From Camelus ferus (taxonomy: Eukaryota), in the NCBI RefSeq assembly GCF_009834535.1, contig NC_045697.1, positions 41,294,001-41,358,000 of the forward strand: 64,000 nt of DNA, written 5' to 3'. The notes beneath the pieces were generated by a model, which worked only from the letters and a program-made list of their open reading frames with translations, had not been told where the DNA came from and made no database searches. The translations under genes and the position numbers were made by a program. Below are positions 51,281 through 64,000 of the stretch, one piece after another (positions within the stretch are counted from its first letter, which is position 1; every line of letters starts with the position of its first letter).

Positions 51281-54224
51281 AAGCAAAGAGGAAAAAAGCT
51301 TTCAAGAAAAATTTTCAAAAAGAAAACTTTCTTTAGTCAGTCATCTTGATGGGCCATATTGTAGTGGAAAATAAAATTCAGTGCATGAGAGTGGTCTAGG
51401 GGAGACATAAAGATAAATAAACAAGAAGGTTTATGAGGGCTACAGGAGCAATCTGGGGAAAAACTGGGAGACAGGAAACAATAGGAGGGGATGGAAGGGA
51501 TGTTGCAGTGGGAGTAGGACAGAGTGAGGATCCCAAAGGAGACGATCAATGAAAAGCTCCTGATTGCGGGTATAGCTTTGGACTTTTAAAAAAACAGACT
51601 TTTAAGAAAATCTCTGTGGTTTTAGGTTACTGTGGATAATGTGATATATTGTCAATTTAATAAAATCTTTTCAGAAGAAAATATGGCAATATTTTAATTT
51701 CACAGATTGGTTGTAAGATTTATCAAAATTCCAAGCACATTAAAATGAGTAAAATGTGTCTTTGAATAGAAGAAATACTGAATTCCATTTTAAATCTTTT
51801 GCTGTGTTCTGTGATACAGTATACTTCTAACCTCATGTTGTCATTGAAACTTCAATAAAACTATAGTGTGAAAAGACCTTCCCAGATTAGTATTTTCAGG
51901 AAATTAGTGTTTTGGAATGTATTCTATGTTGAGTCAACATGGAGTAAGCTAAGGAAATATAAAGATGACACTTGGCAATTCAGCAGAAGCGAGAACTCTG
52001 AGGAAGTGACTCAGAGTAATGGAAGGTCCTTTAGAGTTCATTAAGATATTAGGAATGAGGTGGGAGATGCTGGTGTTCCATCGTATGCAGGGTAGGGATT
52101 CTTTCCATTTTAATTCACATAATATATTTTAAAATATGTGACAATAGAAGGGGGTGGTGACTATTTTGGGGACATCCAGCTTGTAAATGTGTGGGTCACA
52201 ACACTTTTAAGGAAGACAAGAAGAAATGGAGGTGAGAAATTTAGTCATTGTAGAGGTAGAAGAAAGTAATTTCAGATTATTTGTAATACTTGGGTGACTA
52301 TATTTGGACTGGTTAAGGTGTCACTAAAGCTGCTGACCTTTAAAAGTTGCTTCTATCCTGTAATGCAATTTCCTACTCTCTCTGTCTTAATTTTTTTTTA
52401 TAAGAGGTTAATTGACTCCAAAAAGTCTTTACTTTCAACTCAGGAGAATGTTAACTTTGTGCTTTTTTGGGATGAAATGGGTGTGTCTTTTTAACTTCCA
52501 TGTAACCCTGACTAGGTCACCAGTTTCCAAATTCACCAAATTGTGTGGAAGTTGGGAGAAAAGTTCAAAATATTGTACTTTTCTCAATGAAGGACATCAT
52601 CATTTCATTCTCTGACACACGTAGTGATGAATGCTGTTGTAATGTCTCTCAGAACTGCGTTGGGTTCATTCTTTGATTTTACAGTAATGTGTGTGTGTGT
52701 ATGCTGTGTTTTCTCTTTTAAGACTATTGGTTCTCTTGGAAACTGTACACCCAGTGTAAACTATAGATGGATAGTATGCATTTACCCCAACTAGTTGTAG
52801 GAGAGTGAACTCTTCTCGTCAGGAGGGCTTTTCTTAGTTCCTAATTCTCTTTCTGCTACACAGCAATAGGGCATTAGGATGTAGAGCTTGAAAAAGAGCC
52901 CCATGACACACAATAAAATGGTATTTTAGTTCTGTATGTCAAGACAGTATATATAGTGTAAATGATTCCTTGGTTCAGAAATATGTGAAATCTTAATATG
53001 TACTTACTATATAAATATAGTTGTATATTTAGTATATAAAATATACTGTATATAAAATAACATGTACCTCAACATAGTGCATATTTGAACTCAGGCAACA
53101 TCAGTTGTACTAAACTTTTATGGTTATCAATTTATTGTTTAAATTACCTATGAAATTCAGGGTATTCTTGCTAATTTCAATTGCAAAAGAATCAAGTTTT
53201 TTCCAAGTTGTATGGAGTTTCACATCACTGCAGATTGAATCCTTATCTTCATATTGAAGTATAAAGAAGTTCAGATGTTTAACAAAGACACTATATTTTC
53301 ATCACTACTCTAAACTTCTAACCAGTTTATATTCCTAAAAATTAAGGGGTTTCAAGTAGTTACTAGAGAAAAGAATCACATTGCTCTAATAATAAGGAGT
53401 TTCAGGTGTTTGCTTTGTAGATGTGGTATATAGATTTAAGTTTCTGTGAGACTTATATTTGACCTAATGTGTATTCATAACTGTGTTAGTTGTAGCAACA
53501 TGACTTTCACTTTGCATACCTAATAAGGGTGACCGATGAGTCAGACTAATGATACTACTTTCTGCTTCTTTAGCATCTTTCATCTGCAGCTTACTACATA
53601 CTTTGTAAACACTAATTAAACATCATAACACATCTCGGAGGAAAGGTAAGTATTATCCTCTTATAGGGAAACAGATACAGAGGGCTTAAGTAAGGCAAGT
53701 ATTAAATATACAGACCTGAGTTCTATAGGTTAACGTGCAAGCGGTGCTCCTTCCTTGGTGCGGAGAGAGAAGCACAGGTGTAATCACTTCAAGTAAACAC
53801 AGTTCATGGGGGGATAGGAATTTCAGGAGGCCCAGAACCCTTTGTGAAGTTACTTTTGGAGATTATGTACTAAAGTGAAACTCCTGGTTAGGGTAGTGTA
53901 TATTACCCAGTACTCAAACTTATCTCCTTCCTGATGAAATGGAAAATCAGGTCAGGATGACTGCAACGTGCTTGAACTTAATAACTCAAGTGGAATCCTA
54001 TGATCTGGGTGTTCTAGCACAGCCTTGATTTCAAATGAGTGATGATCTGCTTATCCTGTAAGGAGATTCAAGCTGTTCTTATTGTGTGACCTAATTTTGG
54101 GTTTAAGAATCAAATCACCGTAACCATTACGGTTAATTTTAAAGTTTTGTTTCTATATCCATTCCATATTCAAAATGATGTGGGTATTGAGCAGTTTTCA
54201 GGTAACTTAGGCGATTCATAGAGC

Positions 54225-54701
54225 CTGTATATTAGTTGTAAATTTCATTCAACTGCTAGTAACACACATAGGAATTTAACAAGATGGACTTTTTTTTTTT
54301 CTTTCATAAGGGACTGCTGAAGAGAGACCCCAGGCTCTAGATGGGCCATCTAAAGTGGCATCAAGGATCCAGGCTCTTTCTCTTTTTTCTCCACCATTCA
54401 CAGATGTGGTTTCTATCTCCAAGGTTATCTTATGGTACAAGATCGTTGCTAGGGTTTGAGACATCACATATATGTTCCAGGCAGGAAGCATAAAGGACAA
54501 AAAGTCATACTTTAGCTATTGGTCTTCAGGAGCTTTCTCTAAAGGCCCACTTACTGTTCATCAGCCATCCCTAACTGCAGGAGAGGTTAGTAAATGCAGT
54601 CATTTAGCTGGACACACCACTGCTTGGAATTAAATCAAAGTTCTGTTATTAAGGAAAAAGAAGAGACTATATGTTGGATAGGTGACTAGTGGTTTATAGC
54701 A
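54225..54701 (-). mobile_element. MLT1 (MaLR) solo LTR
   Basis: tattagtt...cattcaactgctagtaaca...catcaaggatccaggctctttc...caagatcgttgct...ccctaactgcaggagaggttagtaaatgcagt...gttctgttattaaggaa...ggataggtgactag. Confidence 0.8.
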
Positions 54702-55263
54702 AGAAACCAAAATCAATTATTAAAGAAAAAAAAATCCTCTTTGGACAGTGAATTATATGGGTGGCCTTTTGTCTTGCTGATTGATGAACTGAACATCTGA
54801 CACATTTCCACTGCCTTTCTTGATCTGGAGGCACCGCCTATGGGTGTATCTGTGTGACCCTGGCAGGAAAATAACCGAACCAACAAGTGCATCAGCAGAA
54901 TTGTTTGGAAGTGTTCTTGCTGCATTCATCCCCACCCTGCCTTTGGTCACGAACTTACGTGTAGGTTCCTGGTGCACTTACAACTCAGCTGCTGCTGATC
55001 ACAGTTAGGCAGAACCAGGATAGGGTAAACCTCCCCTTTAATGTTTGATTGCAGTAATCTGGAATGCAGAGCCACTTTTGTGCAACTTTCTACACTGTAC
55101 CTTCTATGAGTGTGTCTGTCTCTCTGTGTGTTATCCTGAGATCCAGCTGTTCCATACTCTCCAGACACTAATTGGGAGGAGTTTGAAAGCATAGGTGGCA
55201 GGTAACTTGCTTGAAAGGAATGTTTCACTTAACAAAATTCTAATTGTAAAAACTCTGTGGGTC

Positions 55264-55370
55264 GGGGGAGAGTATAGTCCAGTGTTAGAGCTTGTGCTCA
55301 GCATGCATTAGATCCCGGATTCAATCTCCAGTACCTCCATAAATAAACAAATCTAGTTGCCCCCTACAAG
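55264..55370 (+). mobile_element. Vic-1-type camelid SINE (more diverged, no right TSD seen)
   Basis: gggggagagtatagtccagtgttagagcttgtgctcagcatgcattagatcccggattcaatctccagtacctccataaataaac. Confidence 0.85.
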
Positions 55371-55419
55371 TGATGTGGACATCCAGTAGTAATTTCTTCC
55401 TTCCTTCCTGTCTTTCCAA

Positions 55420-57460
55420 GAATGCTTCAGAGCTACTTTCTTAGCAAATTTCAATTATACAATACAGTATTACTGATTAGAGTCACCATGCTGTACTTAG
55501 AACTTACTCATCTTATAACCCAAAGTTTGTGCTCTTACCAGTTTCTCCCCATTTCCCCCAGCTCCCAGCAACCACTGTTCTACTCTGTTTCTATAAGTTT
55601 GACTTGTTTTTTTTTAAAAAAAGATTCCGCATATAAGTGATACCATGCTGTTTGGCTCATTCCACTTTGTCTTTCTCCATCTGACATTTTACTTAGTGTA
55701 ATGCCCTCCAGCTCCATCCATGTTGTTGCAAATGGCAGGATTTCCTTTTTTAAGGCCGAATAATATTCCATTGTGTGTGTGTATGTGTATCTCACATCTG
55801 ATTTATCCATTCATCTATTGATGGACACTTAAGTTGTTTCTGTATCTTGAATATTGTGAATAATGCTGCATTGAACATGGGAGTGCAGATATCTCTATGA
55901 TGTTCTGTTCTCACTTCCTTTGGAGAGACCTTCGTAAGTGGAATTGCTGGGTCATATGGTAGTTCTATTTTAATTTTTTTGAGTAACATCCATACTGTTT
56001 TCCATAGTGGCAGCATCAGTTTACATTCCCACCACCAGTGCACAAGGGTTCCCTTTTCTCTGCATCCTCACCAACACTTACTATTTGTGGTCTTTTTGTT
56101 ATAGCCATTCTGACAATTGTCAGGTGGTATCTCAGTGTGGTTTTCATTTTCATTTCTCTGATGATTCGTGATGTTGAGCATTTTTCTGTTGATGTCTGTT
56201 GGCCATTTGTGTATCTTCTTTGGAAAATGTCTATTCAGTTCCTCTGTCCATCTTAAAATCAAATTGTCTGGGTTTTTTTTTTTTTTTTTTTTTTGCCATG
56301 GAGTTGTGTGAGATCTTTATATATTTTGAGTATTAACCCCTTATCAGATATATGATTTGCAGATATTTCCTCACATTTCATAGGTTGTGTCTTCATTTTG
56401 TTGATCATTTTCTTTGCTGTACAGAAGCTTTTAAATTTGGTATAGTTCCACATGTTCATTTTTGCTTTTGTAGCATTTGCTTTTGGTATCAAATCCAAAA
56501 AAGTCATTGTCAAGACCGATATTGAGAAGCTTACCCTGTTTGTTTTCTTTCAGGAGTTTTGCAGTTACAGGTCTTAAATTTAAGTATTTAATCCATTTTG
56601 AGTTTATTTTTGTGTCTGGTGTAAGATAGTGGTCCAGTTTCATTCTTTTGCATGTGACTGTCCAGTTTTCCCAACACCATTTATTAAAGAGATTATCCTT
56701 TGCCCTTTGTATAGTCTTTCCTCCTTTGTCATAAATTAATCGACTGTGTAGTTATAGGTTTATTTCTGGGCTTTCTGTTCTGCTCCATTGATCTGTGTGT
56801 CTATTTTTATGCCAATATCGTACCATATAGCTTTGTAATATAGTCTGAAATCAGTAAGTGTGATGCCTCCAACTTTGTTCTTCTGTCTCAAGATTGCTTT
56901 GGCTATTTGGGGTCTTTTATGATTCCATACAAATTTTAGGATTATTTTCCCTTTTTTCCAAAAAATGACATTAGAATTTTGGTAAAGATCGCATTGAATC
57001 TATAGATTACTTTGGGTAGTAGGGACATTAAAAACATTAATTCTTTCAATCCATGAGCATGGAATGTCTTATAGATTTCAACATACAGATCTTTCACCCC
57101 TTTAGTTAAGTTTATTCCTAAGTATTTTATTCCTTTTGGTGCAATTGTAAATGAGATTATTTTCTTAATTTCTATTTCTGATAGTTCATTATTAGTGCAG
57201 TGAAATGTAACTGATTTTTGTATGCTGCAACTTTACTGAATTGGTTTATTAGTTCTAACAAGGTAATAGACATCCTAACAGGTGTGAGGTGATATACCAT
57301 TGTGATTTTGGTTTGCATTTACCTGATGATTACTGATGTTGAGCACCTTTTCATGTACCTGTTGGTCATTCATATGTCTTCTTTGGAAAAATGTTTATTC
57401 AGGTTCATTTTTTAATTGGGTTATTTGATTTTTTTTTTTTTTTTTGCTATTGAGCTGTAT
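55420..57460 (-). mobile_element. L1 of about 2 kb (ORF2 C-terminal part plus 3' UTR), disrupted
   Basis: The ORF track gives ORF2 remnants [70 protein letters not shown] and MEYYSALKKEILPFATTWMELEGI across frameshifts. Confidence 0.95.
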
Positions 57461-57607
57461 AAGCCAGTTGTGATTCTTTGTAATTGAATGTAACCATTAA
57501 AAAGTAAATGATCAATTCCATATTTGATCTAAAGGTATGGTCAGGTGAACTTTGATTTAAGATGAGAAGGTAGTTTAGAGATACAGTCGGAAATAATGCA
57601 TACTTAC

Positions 57608-57697
57608 CTGCTCCGCAAATATTAAGAGCTTTGTAATTTTACTGAGTGCCACTTGGGTGTTCCACAGCATCTTCTTTGTAGATACACAGATGAGGGG
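57608..57697 (-). other. Candidate 90-nt exon (phase 0-0 open frame)
   Basis: Acceptor ctccactttcttcag| and donor CAG|GTAAGT; reads PLICVSTKKMLWNTQVALSKITKLLIFAEQ. Confidence 0.2.
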
Positions 57698-57942
57698 CTG
57701 AAGAAAGTGGAGTTTATTCACTGGAGAGAAGGGCAGCTATGATTTGGGGAAAATGATACTTGGAGATCAGAGGGTCCCTCTAATGGTAGCTGGCATAAAT
57801 ACACTTAGGCAACGACAAATAGTATGACGTATCCTACATACTCCTGGTGGTGATTTATACCTCAGAACGTCACTCCTATTTAATTCTAAACTTTTAATGT
57901 GGCAGTGTTGTTGATGGTTAAGTTCTCAGTAAAACTGCTTAC

Positions 57943-58037
57943 CTTTTGTTTACTTAATATAACTTTGGGAGCTTGTGGGTCCTTGTTGAGGGAAACCTGG
58001 TCTCTTTGTGTCTGTGTGTGAACTTCTTTCTTCTTGC
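57943..58037 (-). other. Candidate 95-nt exon
   Basis: Acceptor ctgtgcctcctag| and donor AAG|GTAAGC. One open frame, KKKEVHTQTQRDQVSLNKDPQAPKVILSKQK, ends in phase 0. Confidence 0.18.
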
Positions 58038-58631
58038 CTAGGAGGCACAGCCATGCAACTTTCAGGGTTCTCTGTTAATTTTCTAAAGGTCTCCAAAAGC
58101 AATGCCTCTGTTAACAATGCTCTTCCTCGGTTTGGAATATAATTAGCACTAGATAATAGAGTTAAGCAGATGGAAATTAAAATGTGTCTCAGTTTTGTGG
58201 TAACAAAGGGTTTCCTAGGACTGAACCCAGAAACAGGCAGCCTTTCTCCTGGCTGCCCGCAGGCCTTACTCTGCAGGGGCAATTCCTTTTTACCTAAGGT
58301 GCTGTAGTCACATGGTTTATAGTCCAAACCAAGACAGTTCTGAGAGTTAAAGGAGGCGCTAGGAGGGTGAAATGCCATTACTGTTCCGGGCAAACGTGGC
58401 ATGAGGTCACTGACCTTTATCTCGTGACAGCAGTCAAAGCAGAAAACACCCCTCTTTGGGCAGGCAGACCTGAGAGAAGGGAGGGATGGCTCAGGAAGCC
58501 AGTTGTGCTCATGGAAAAGTCATCCTCATACTGCCCAGAGGAGGAAAAGAGGTTTTTTCCTTCAGGCCTCCTCTAAAACTCACACAGCTGGGGGAGGGCC
58601 AGAGTGGGTGCTGTAAGCAGAGGGCCAGAGC

Positions 58632-58808
58632 AGTGATGCACAGAGCTGTTAGCATTGCTTCTCAACTCTCTATTCAGTGATGCTTGGTAGATTGAGCTTG
58701 GCCATGATGGGAGTACTTACACCATGGGAAATGGCAAACTACAAATCACCACCGTTCTTTCCTCTCCTCTGGTAGAGCTGGTTGTTAAAAATCCATCAGC
58801 ACACCGTT
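58632..58808. mobile_element. MER63A-like hAT MITE
   Basis: ttcagtgatgcttggtag...ggccatgatgggagtacttacaccatgggaaatggcaaactacaaatca...gagctggttgttaaaaatccatcagcacacc. Confidence 0.75.
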
Positions 58809-59334
58809 TGGCCCTGGAGTGGAGTTTTTTTTTTTTTTTTTTCTTGTTTCTTATTGAAGTATAGTTGATTTACAATGCCAGTTTCATGTTGGACTGGAGT
58901 TGTAATTCCCCTGGGTTTATGGTTGATACTTCTCCCTGCCCTTATTGTCTAGTGGAGATGTTCACGATCAGTGATTAAAGGCACATTTGTGATTGCCATG
59001 AAAAAACTCCAGCCTTTGCCTCCTCTGTATGCCTCTCAGACGTGTACTCCATTGAGCCTGACCCCTGGGCCTCAACAGCTACAGTGCAGCCTGTGCTCTG
59101 AGTCCTCTGTCTGGAAGGAGCCAAGGGCCTGAGGGTGTGTCTTCATTGGCACTAAGACTGGCCATTCAGCGCAAGCCTCCAAAGTCCCTTGTCCAGTCGT
59201 TGAGATGGGAAGTGTAAGAGTCACTTTGATGCTTCTAAGAGTCTTCCGGGCATTGACAACAAGAAACAGGCTAGTTCATGGGGGAACTGAAATTGTTAGC
59301 AGTGATATTGTCAGGGGAGTCACAAAGTACCTGA

Positions 59335-59540
59335 GTTTTAGAAGTTAGAGGCTGTAGATTTGAATCCCATGTGTGCAGGTAACAACTGCGGAGCTTTGCA
59401 AAAAATATTTCACTGTTTGGAGTGCTGGTTTATTTTAAAGTGGGACTAATAATCTCCAGTTATACAGTTTTGAGGATAAATAGCACGTGAAAATGAGTTA
59501 TAAATCTCAAAGAGCTATGTTAATGTAAAGTGTTATAAGG
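59335..59540 (+). mobile_element. MIR SINE (degenerate)
   Basis: gttttagaagttagag...tttgaatccc...ctttgcaaaaaatatttcac...taaagtgggactaataatc...gaggataaat...gtgaaaatg. Confidence 0.6.
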
Positions 59541-60639
59541 AGAGTGCATATTTTGTGGTAAAAGGAGAGGTTACTTAGTTCTGACATTTTTAGCTAACAT
59601 TTGTAGGACAGGAAGTGCAGCTGGATTTTCCCAAGGTTGACAAAGCATGTGCTTTATTTAGCCCTCTAGCAAGAGTAGTGACTTGCATTTTGGAGAGAGA
59701 AAATTTGATATAGCTCCCTCAATCCCTCCAAAATAAATTAATCATCATTGGAAGAGTAGAAATGTGTTGGATTTCTTTATGCTTAGTTTAATGTTTTAAA
59801 ATTATAATTTATAATAAGGGAGCTGGGTTATTGTACTCTTAAAAAGTACTTAGAATTTCTTAAAAATAAAAAAACCTTAATTCAGCCACTATGAAGTAAT
59901 TTGTACTTAGGTTCTTACACCTCTCTTTGTCTTAAAAAGAACTGGAGTGAGGGAAGCCTTCACAGGTGCGTTTTGTGTCTTATACGTTGTACAGAGCACG
60001 TAAGGGCTGTTTTTTTCTCCATAATACAGGCAGAGCTCGGATATAAAGCTACTTTAGTATAATGTTTTGTTGTAAAACACAAAATAAATAATTTTTAATA
60101 TTTAATTTTGATATATTAAAAAAACTTAAAGAAAATTGAAATCTTTCAAAATTTGAGGCCTGATTTTTTAAGCATGGGTTTTTAGATGTATCTTGGCCTC
60201 CCTCTAGTGTTAGCTGAGGCAAACAAAAATCTGGGGGGATAAAAACTCATTTCTTTGAATCAAAAACAGAGTTTTGAACATTTAATTTAAAGGGCTGGAA
60301 AGTATGTAATTGATTCAGGTTTTAGCATTTCTTAGATACTAAGGTTAATTTGCATTTATTGTTCCTATTGTTTGGGGTTTTGTTGCTATTATTACTTGAA
60401 ATCTTATGTTTATTTTTGGTGTTAGTGGGGTATTTTGTGTGTGTATGCATGTTCTTTTCCATAAAACCCAGAGCTCTATGTCCAGTTACAAATTCAAAGT
60501 TTTTGATGCTTTGTTCCACATCTTCTAGTACAAATTCTAGAAAAAACAATTTGTCAATAAGTTTTTGACCCAAACTGAGATTATTCTGGTGGGCTTTTTT
60601 TTTTTTAATAGAAATTAATATATTGCAAAAAAAGAATTA

Positions 60640-61250
60640 AACTGGAATCCGATCAAACCTGTAGATCCAACTACCAATTTGCAGGGAATCCAGAGGACAG
60701 AACGTGTTAGAATACACTGAGGAGATGTGATCTGTCAAACTCAGACTACAAGGACTTCTATAGGAAATAAAAGTACAATTCTTTAACAAATGAATTGCAA
60801 GAGTTAAAAAAAGAGGATTGAAAGTGGAGCCTGAAAATTAAAAGAGACCCAAAAGACTACGGTCATTTACTGTATCTGGTCCTTATTTGGATCCTGATTA
60901 GAATAAGCATGGTGAAAAAAACCTATTTGTAAAATTTATGAGGCAAATACCTGACAATACATGTTTGATATTATCAAGAAAATTTTTTTGTGTGTAATAA
61001 TGGTATTTTAGTTCTATTTAAAGACAAGATATTATCTTTGAGATTCACACTGAAATATTTATAGGTGAAATCATATGATATCTGGGAGCTACTTCAATAT
61101 CCCTGGGGAGAAGGAATAGATGGAGGTGAAGATACAGCAAAATTGGCCATGGGCTTATGTTTGTTGGCACAGATGGGTACCTGGGTATTCATTATATCAT
61201 TTTATCTACTTTTGAGTGTATTTTAAATTCTCCATAATAAAACATTAAAA
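60640..61250 (+). mobile_element. Old L1MC/ME-type 3' end
   Basis: tagatccaactaccaatttgcaggga...ccttatttggatcctgatt...ctgaaatatttataggtgaaat...attggccatg...aaattctccataataaaa. Confidence 0.8.
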
Positions 61251-63241
61251 ATGTCTATAAATTGGTTACAGTGCCCCTTAATACTAGCTATGTAAATGAA
61301 TACAGGCTATCAGACCTAACCCTAACCCTCATCAACCCAAGACAGGTTCACTTTGTGCTTTGTTTTGCATTGGAGGCACATCCTAAAGTTGTTAGAGTAG
61401 CCCTGGAAGTCTGTCTCAGACCACAGTCAGCCTTGATTTCTTGGACCGCTAAGAAATTGGGTTAGTTTTATCTGGACCTAAATTCCAATCTAAGTGAAAG
61501 GGATCTTAGACGACTACAGGTCAGGGCTTCTTTGGGAAGAGAGTTGGAAAAGCTCAAATTATCCAGCTCCTTGAGATGGTATCAAGATCAATTAAGGATA
61601 AGTGAGCAAACATCTCAGTTTTCGATGCCTGAAATTTGTCAGGCATTTTAAAGTTAGAGTAGTAGCACGTTGGAGTAGTGATGAAAAAGAAGACATTGAT
61701 CCTGATTTTCACATCCACTCAGCTTCACGGGTTGAGACTGGTCTATATATTCCTTCCCTAACGGTCTTCCCTCCTCCACTCACATGTGGAAAGTCACTCC
61801 CCTGCTTGTTCCAACGAGGCTGAGTACTGCTTTCCTACCTAGTGTTCCCCTGGATTCTTGCTGTGAACACACTGTCCGTGTGGACCCAGGATGCTGCCAA
61901 CCTGCCAGACTTCCCTCACTGCCCTCTTCTGATGCAGTGTTCCTTCTCCCTACCCACAAGCACACTAAACTGAGCCTCCCTGCTCCCTGATGTCAGTCTG
62001 AAATGAGGCATGACCTTTTGCAAAATTTAAACTAAATTATTTCCCCTTGGAAGTCCCAAGATAAGCCTAGACCACTTTCTAATCTCCCACATAGCTGCTT
62101 CATCATTCATTCAGCATATAGCTATTGAGTGTCTAATAATTTGCTGGGCTCAGGACTAGGCAATGCTGATAGAAAAATAAGCAAAAAAAAAGAGCACGGT
62201 TCTTGCCTTCACTGAGTTTGCAGGCTAATGAGTTTTAAGGGCCCAATATAGACTTGTTTCAAGTAACAATCTTTTACTGAAGGTAGAAAGATAAAGGAAA
62301 GAGAGCAGTACATGGAAAATGACTTCTGTGCCAGCCCAGGCTGGCTTCCTGCCTCAGTCTCTCTTGGTCTGATTCCATTTGTGTAGGGGCAGCTTTTCTC
62401 CCATCACTGGAATTATTCTGGACTGTTATGTGACTCAGAATCCAGGACAAACTCCAAAGACCTAGAGAGAGAATATTTTTCTGTGAACTCTTTTAAATCT
62501 ACTTCCTTAAATCCTCATTTCTTGCCAGGGTTAATTAACCTCTTCACAGGAAACTTAGAAAAAAATAGAATTACAAGAGAGAGAATGATCAAAACTTTAA
62601 AAATTAGAACAAAAAGAAAGACTATGGAGGCAAGTTTCAGCCTTTTATAAGGAAGAATTTTCTAACAATTTTTGATGTTCAAAATGAAGGACGTCACCTC
62701 GTGAAGTCCTTGGAAATGTAAACAGGCAGGATGACTTATTTTTTCAAGGCTGTGAAAACTCCTGTTTCATTGCTAACACTTGCTTCTTTGAACAATGAGA
62801 GTGGGAATATTAAAGGTCCTGTAACATCTGGAAGGGAGAGGAGTATCAGGGGAGACATGTTTTCCCTTTATGTGTAAGATGCGTGTAGACAAAAGTGTAG
62901 ACGTCAGGATTATCATGTGTGCCAGCAGATGGAACACTGGCCTGAGACTGCAGGAGCAGTGGTGAACCCCTTTGCCATGGGTCTTATATTCTCAGAAGAG
63001 ACTTGAGCAGATTCTTCACTGAGAGCAGATTTTACTCCAGCTTCCAAGGTGTTGGTGTCTGCTGGGAGGCCTGAAGACGTCTAGCACAGTCTGAGTTATC
63101 CCTTAGGCCACTGTCAAGGAGGCAGTGCTGGCTGTGTTGCCAGTCATAGAGTCTGACACACCAAATGTGGTGCCCTGTCACCACTTAGGTCTGGATCCTC
63201 CTGAAACACAACCGCCACCACTGCTACCATCAATCAATCAC

Positions 63242-63480
63242 TGTGTTAGGTTGTGCTGGGTAACAAACTACTGTGAAATCCTAGTGGCTTAGACAACAAA
63301 ATTTACTTCTCACTTTACACTCCATGCCCACCATGGACTGACTGAAGTTCTGCTCAAGCCTCTCCCCCTGGAGCCATGCTGATGGTAGAGCCGGCACCTG
63401 AAACTTTGCCAGTTACCATGGCTGAGGGAAAGAGAATATGAAAATTGCTTACTGGCTCTTAAAATTATTTCTTGAAATAG
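63242..63480 (-). mobile_element. MLT1 LTR fragment
   Basis: ttaggttgtgctgggtaacaaac...aaatcctagtggcttagacaacaaaatttacttctcac...ccatggctgagggaaagaga...actggctcttaaa. Confidence 0.75.
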
Positions 63481-64000
63481 GGTGTTGGGCCTCTGGGTTG
63501 TGATTAGGATGGCATTTTGATTATATTAGATCTGGGATCCAGAAATAACTGGATCTAGCCTCAGTGAAAAATTCCGATGAGCTAGATAGGACCCCACCAG
63601 GAACTCTTTACATAGGCCTGAGCATCTTAGGACTAAAAGGGGTTAAATGCCTGCTGTGCTTACTTCTCCACAGCGTGGGTCTGAATCCTATTCCTGTTAC
63701 TCCACATCTGCCAACAAGGGGCTGAGGGGAGCACAAGATAGAGGGGAAAAAACTAGAGAGCATTTGTCTCAGAACCTAGTTGGGGTAGGCATGGACTGCA
63801 TGTCCATCACCAAGCCGCATGGGGGAAGAAGCCAGAGACCTGGAGAGAGAGCCCAGAGCGGAGCCCACCTGTGGGAAGCATGTGGCGTGGGGGGTGGCAG
63901 GCTGGCTCAGGAAGGACCGGCCTGGGGGCACTCTGTCACTTCTCTTGGGAACTGAGGGAGAGGTAGAAGGGAGTACACACACATACACACGTTCTCTTGG

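Noticed and set aside
54112..54140. Small inverted repeat accgtaa-cca-ttacggt
   Set aside because: Only a 7-bp stem, expected by chance, with no supporting context.
55580..56643. Protein-like ORFs with a CCHC-region signature
   Set aside because: Frameshifted L1 ORF2 remnants, not a host gene or an active element.
57950..58402. 150-aa minus ORF (and the similar 142-aa and 141-aa ORFs at 39549 and 40896)
   Set aside because: No recognisable homology. The 40896 ORF overlaps L2 sequence, and these lengths are within chance expectation for 64 kb when alternative start codons are allowed.
1..64000. Prokaryote-style novel system (CRISPR array, operon, defence island) or CpG-island promoter
   Set aside because: The sequence is CpG-depleted mammalian DNA with no regularly spaced repeats, no long ORFs and no CpG island.

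Overview
AT-rich mammalian genomic DNA, most likely from a camelid (camel, alpaca, llama or vicuna), inferred from four Vic-1-type tRNA-derived SINEs and cetartiodactyl-type L1 3' ends. I recognise no known protein-coding gene, true tRNA, rRNA, snRNA, CpG island, CRISPR array or prokaryote-type system. The window looks intergenic or intronic, and roughly half is transposable-element debris: L1, L2, MIR, MaLR/MLT1, LTR40, a young ERV1-type solo LTR, and hAT elements (MER20, MER33, MER45, MER58, MER63, MER5). The only supplied ORFs I recognise as protein-like are L1 ORF2 remnants at 55.6-56.6 kb and, weakly, a hAT remnant at 27.3-27.5 kb; the rest look like chance ORFs. Two things most deserve follow-up. 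(1) A 471-bp poly(A)-tailed insert at 26049-26519, flanked by an exact 18-bp target-site duplication (TSD), looks like an L1-retroposed ERV-LTR transcript. (2) A candidate minus-strand spliced transcript includes a 17-nt micro-exon, and its exons at 29.8-28.3 kb join into an uninterrupted small ORF (about 85 aa if a weakly supported terminal exon at 17.66 kb is used). Repeat family names come from remembered consensus sequences, not a search, and most boundaries are approximate. The exon models are unverified hand predictions.
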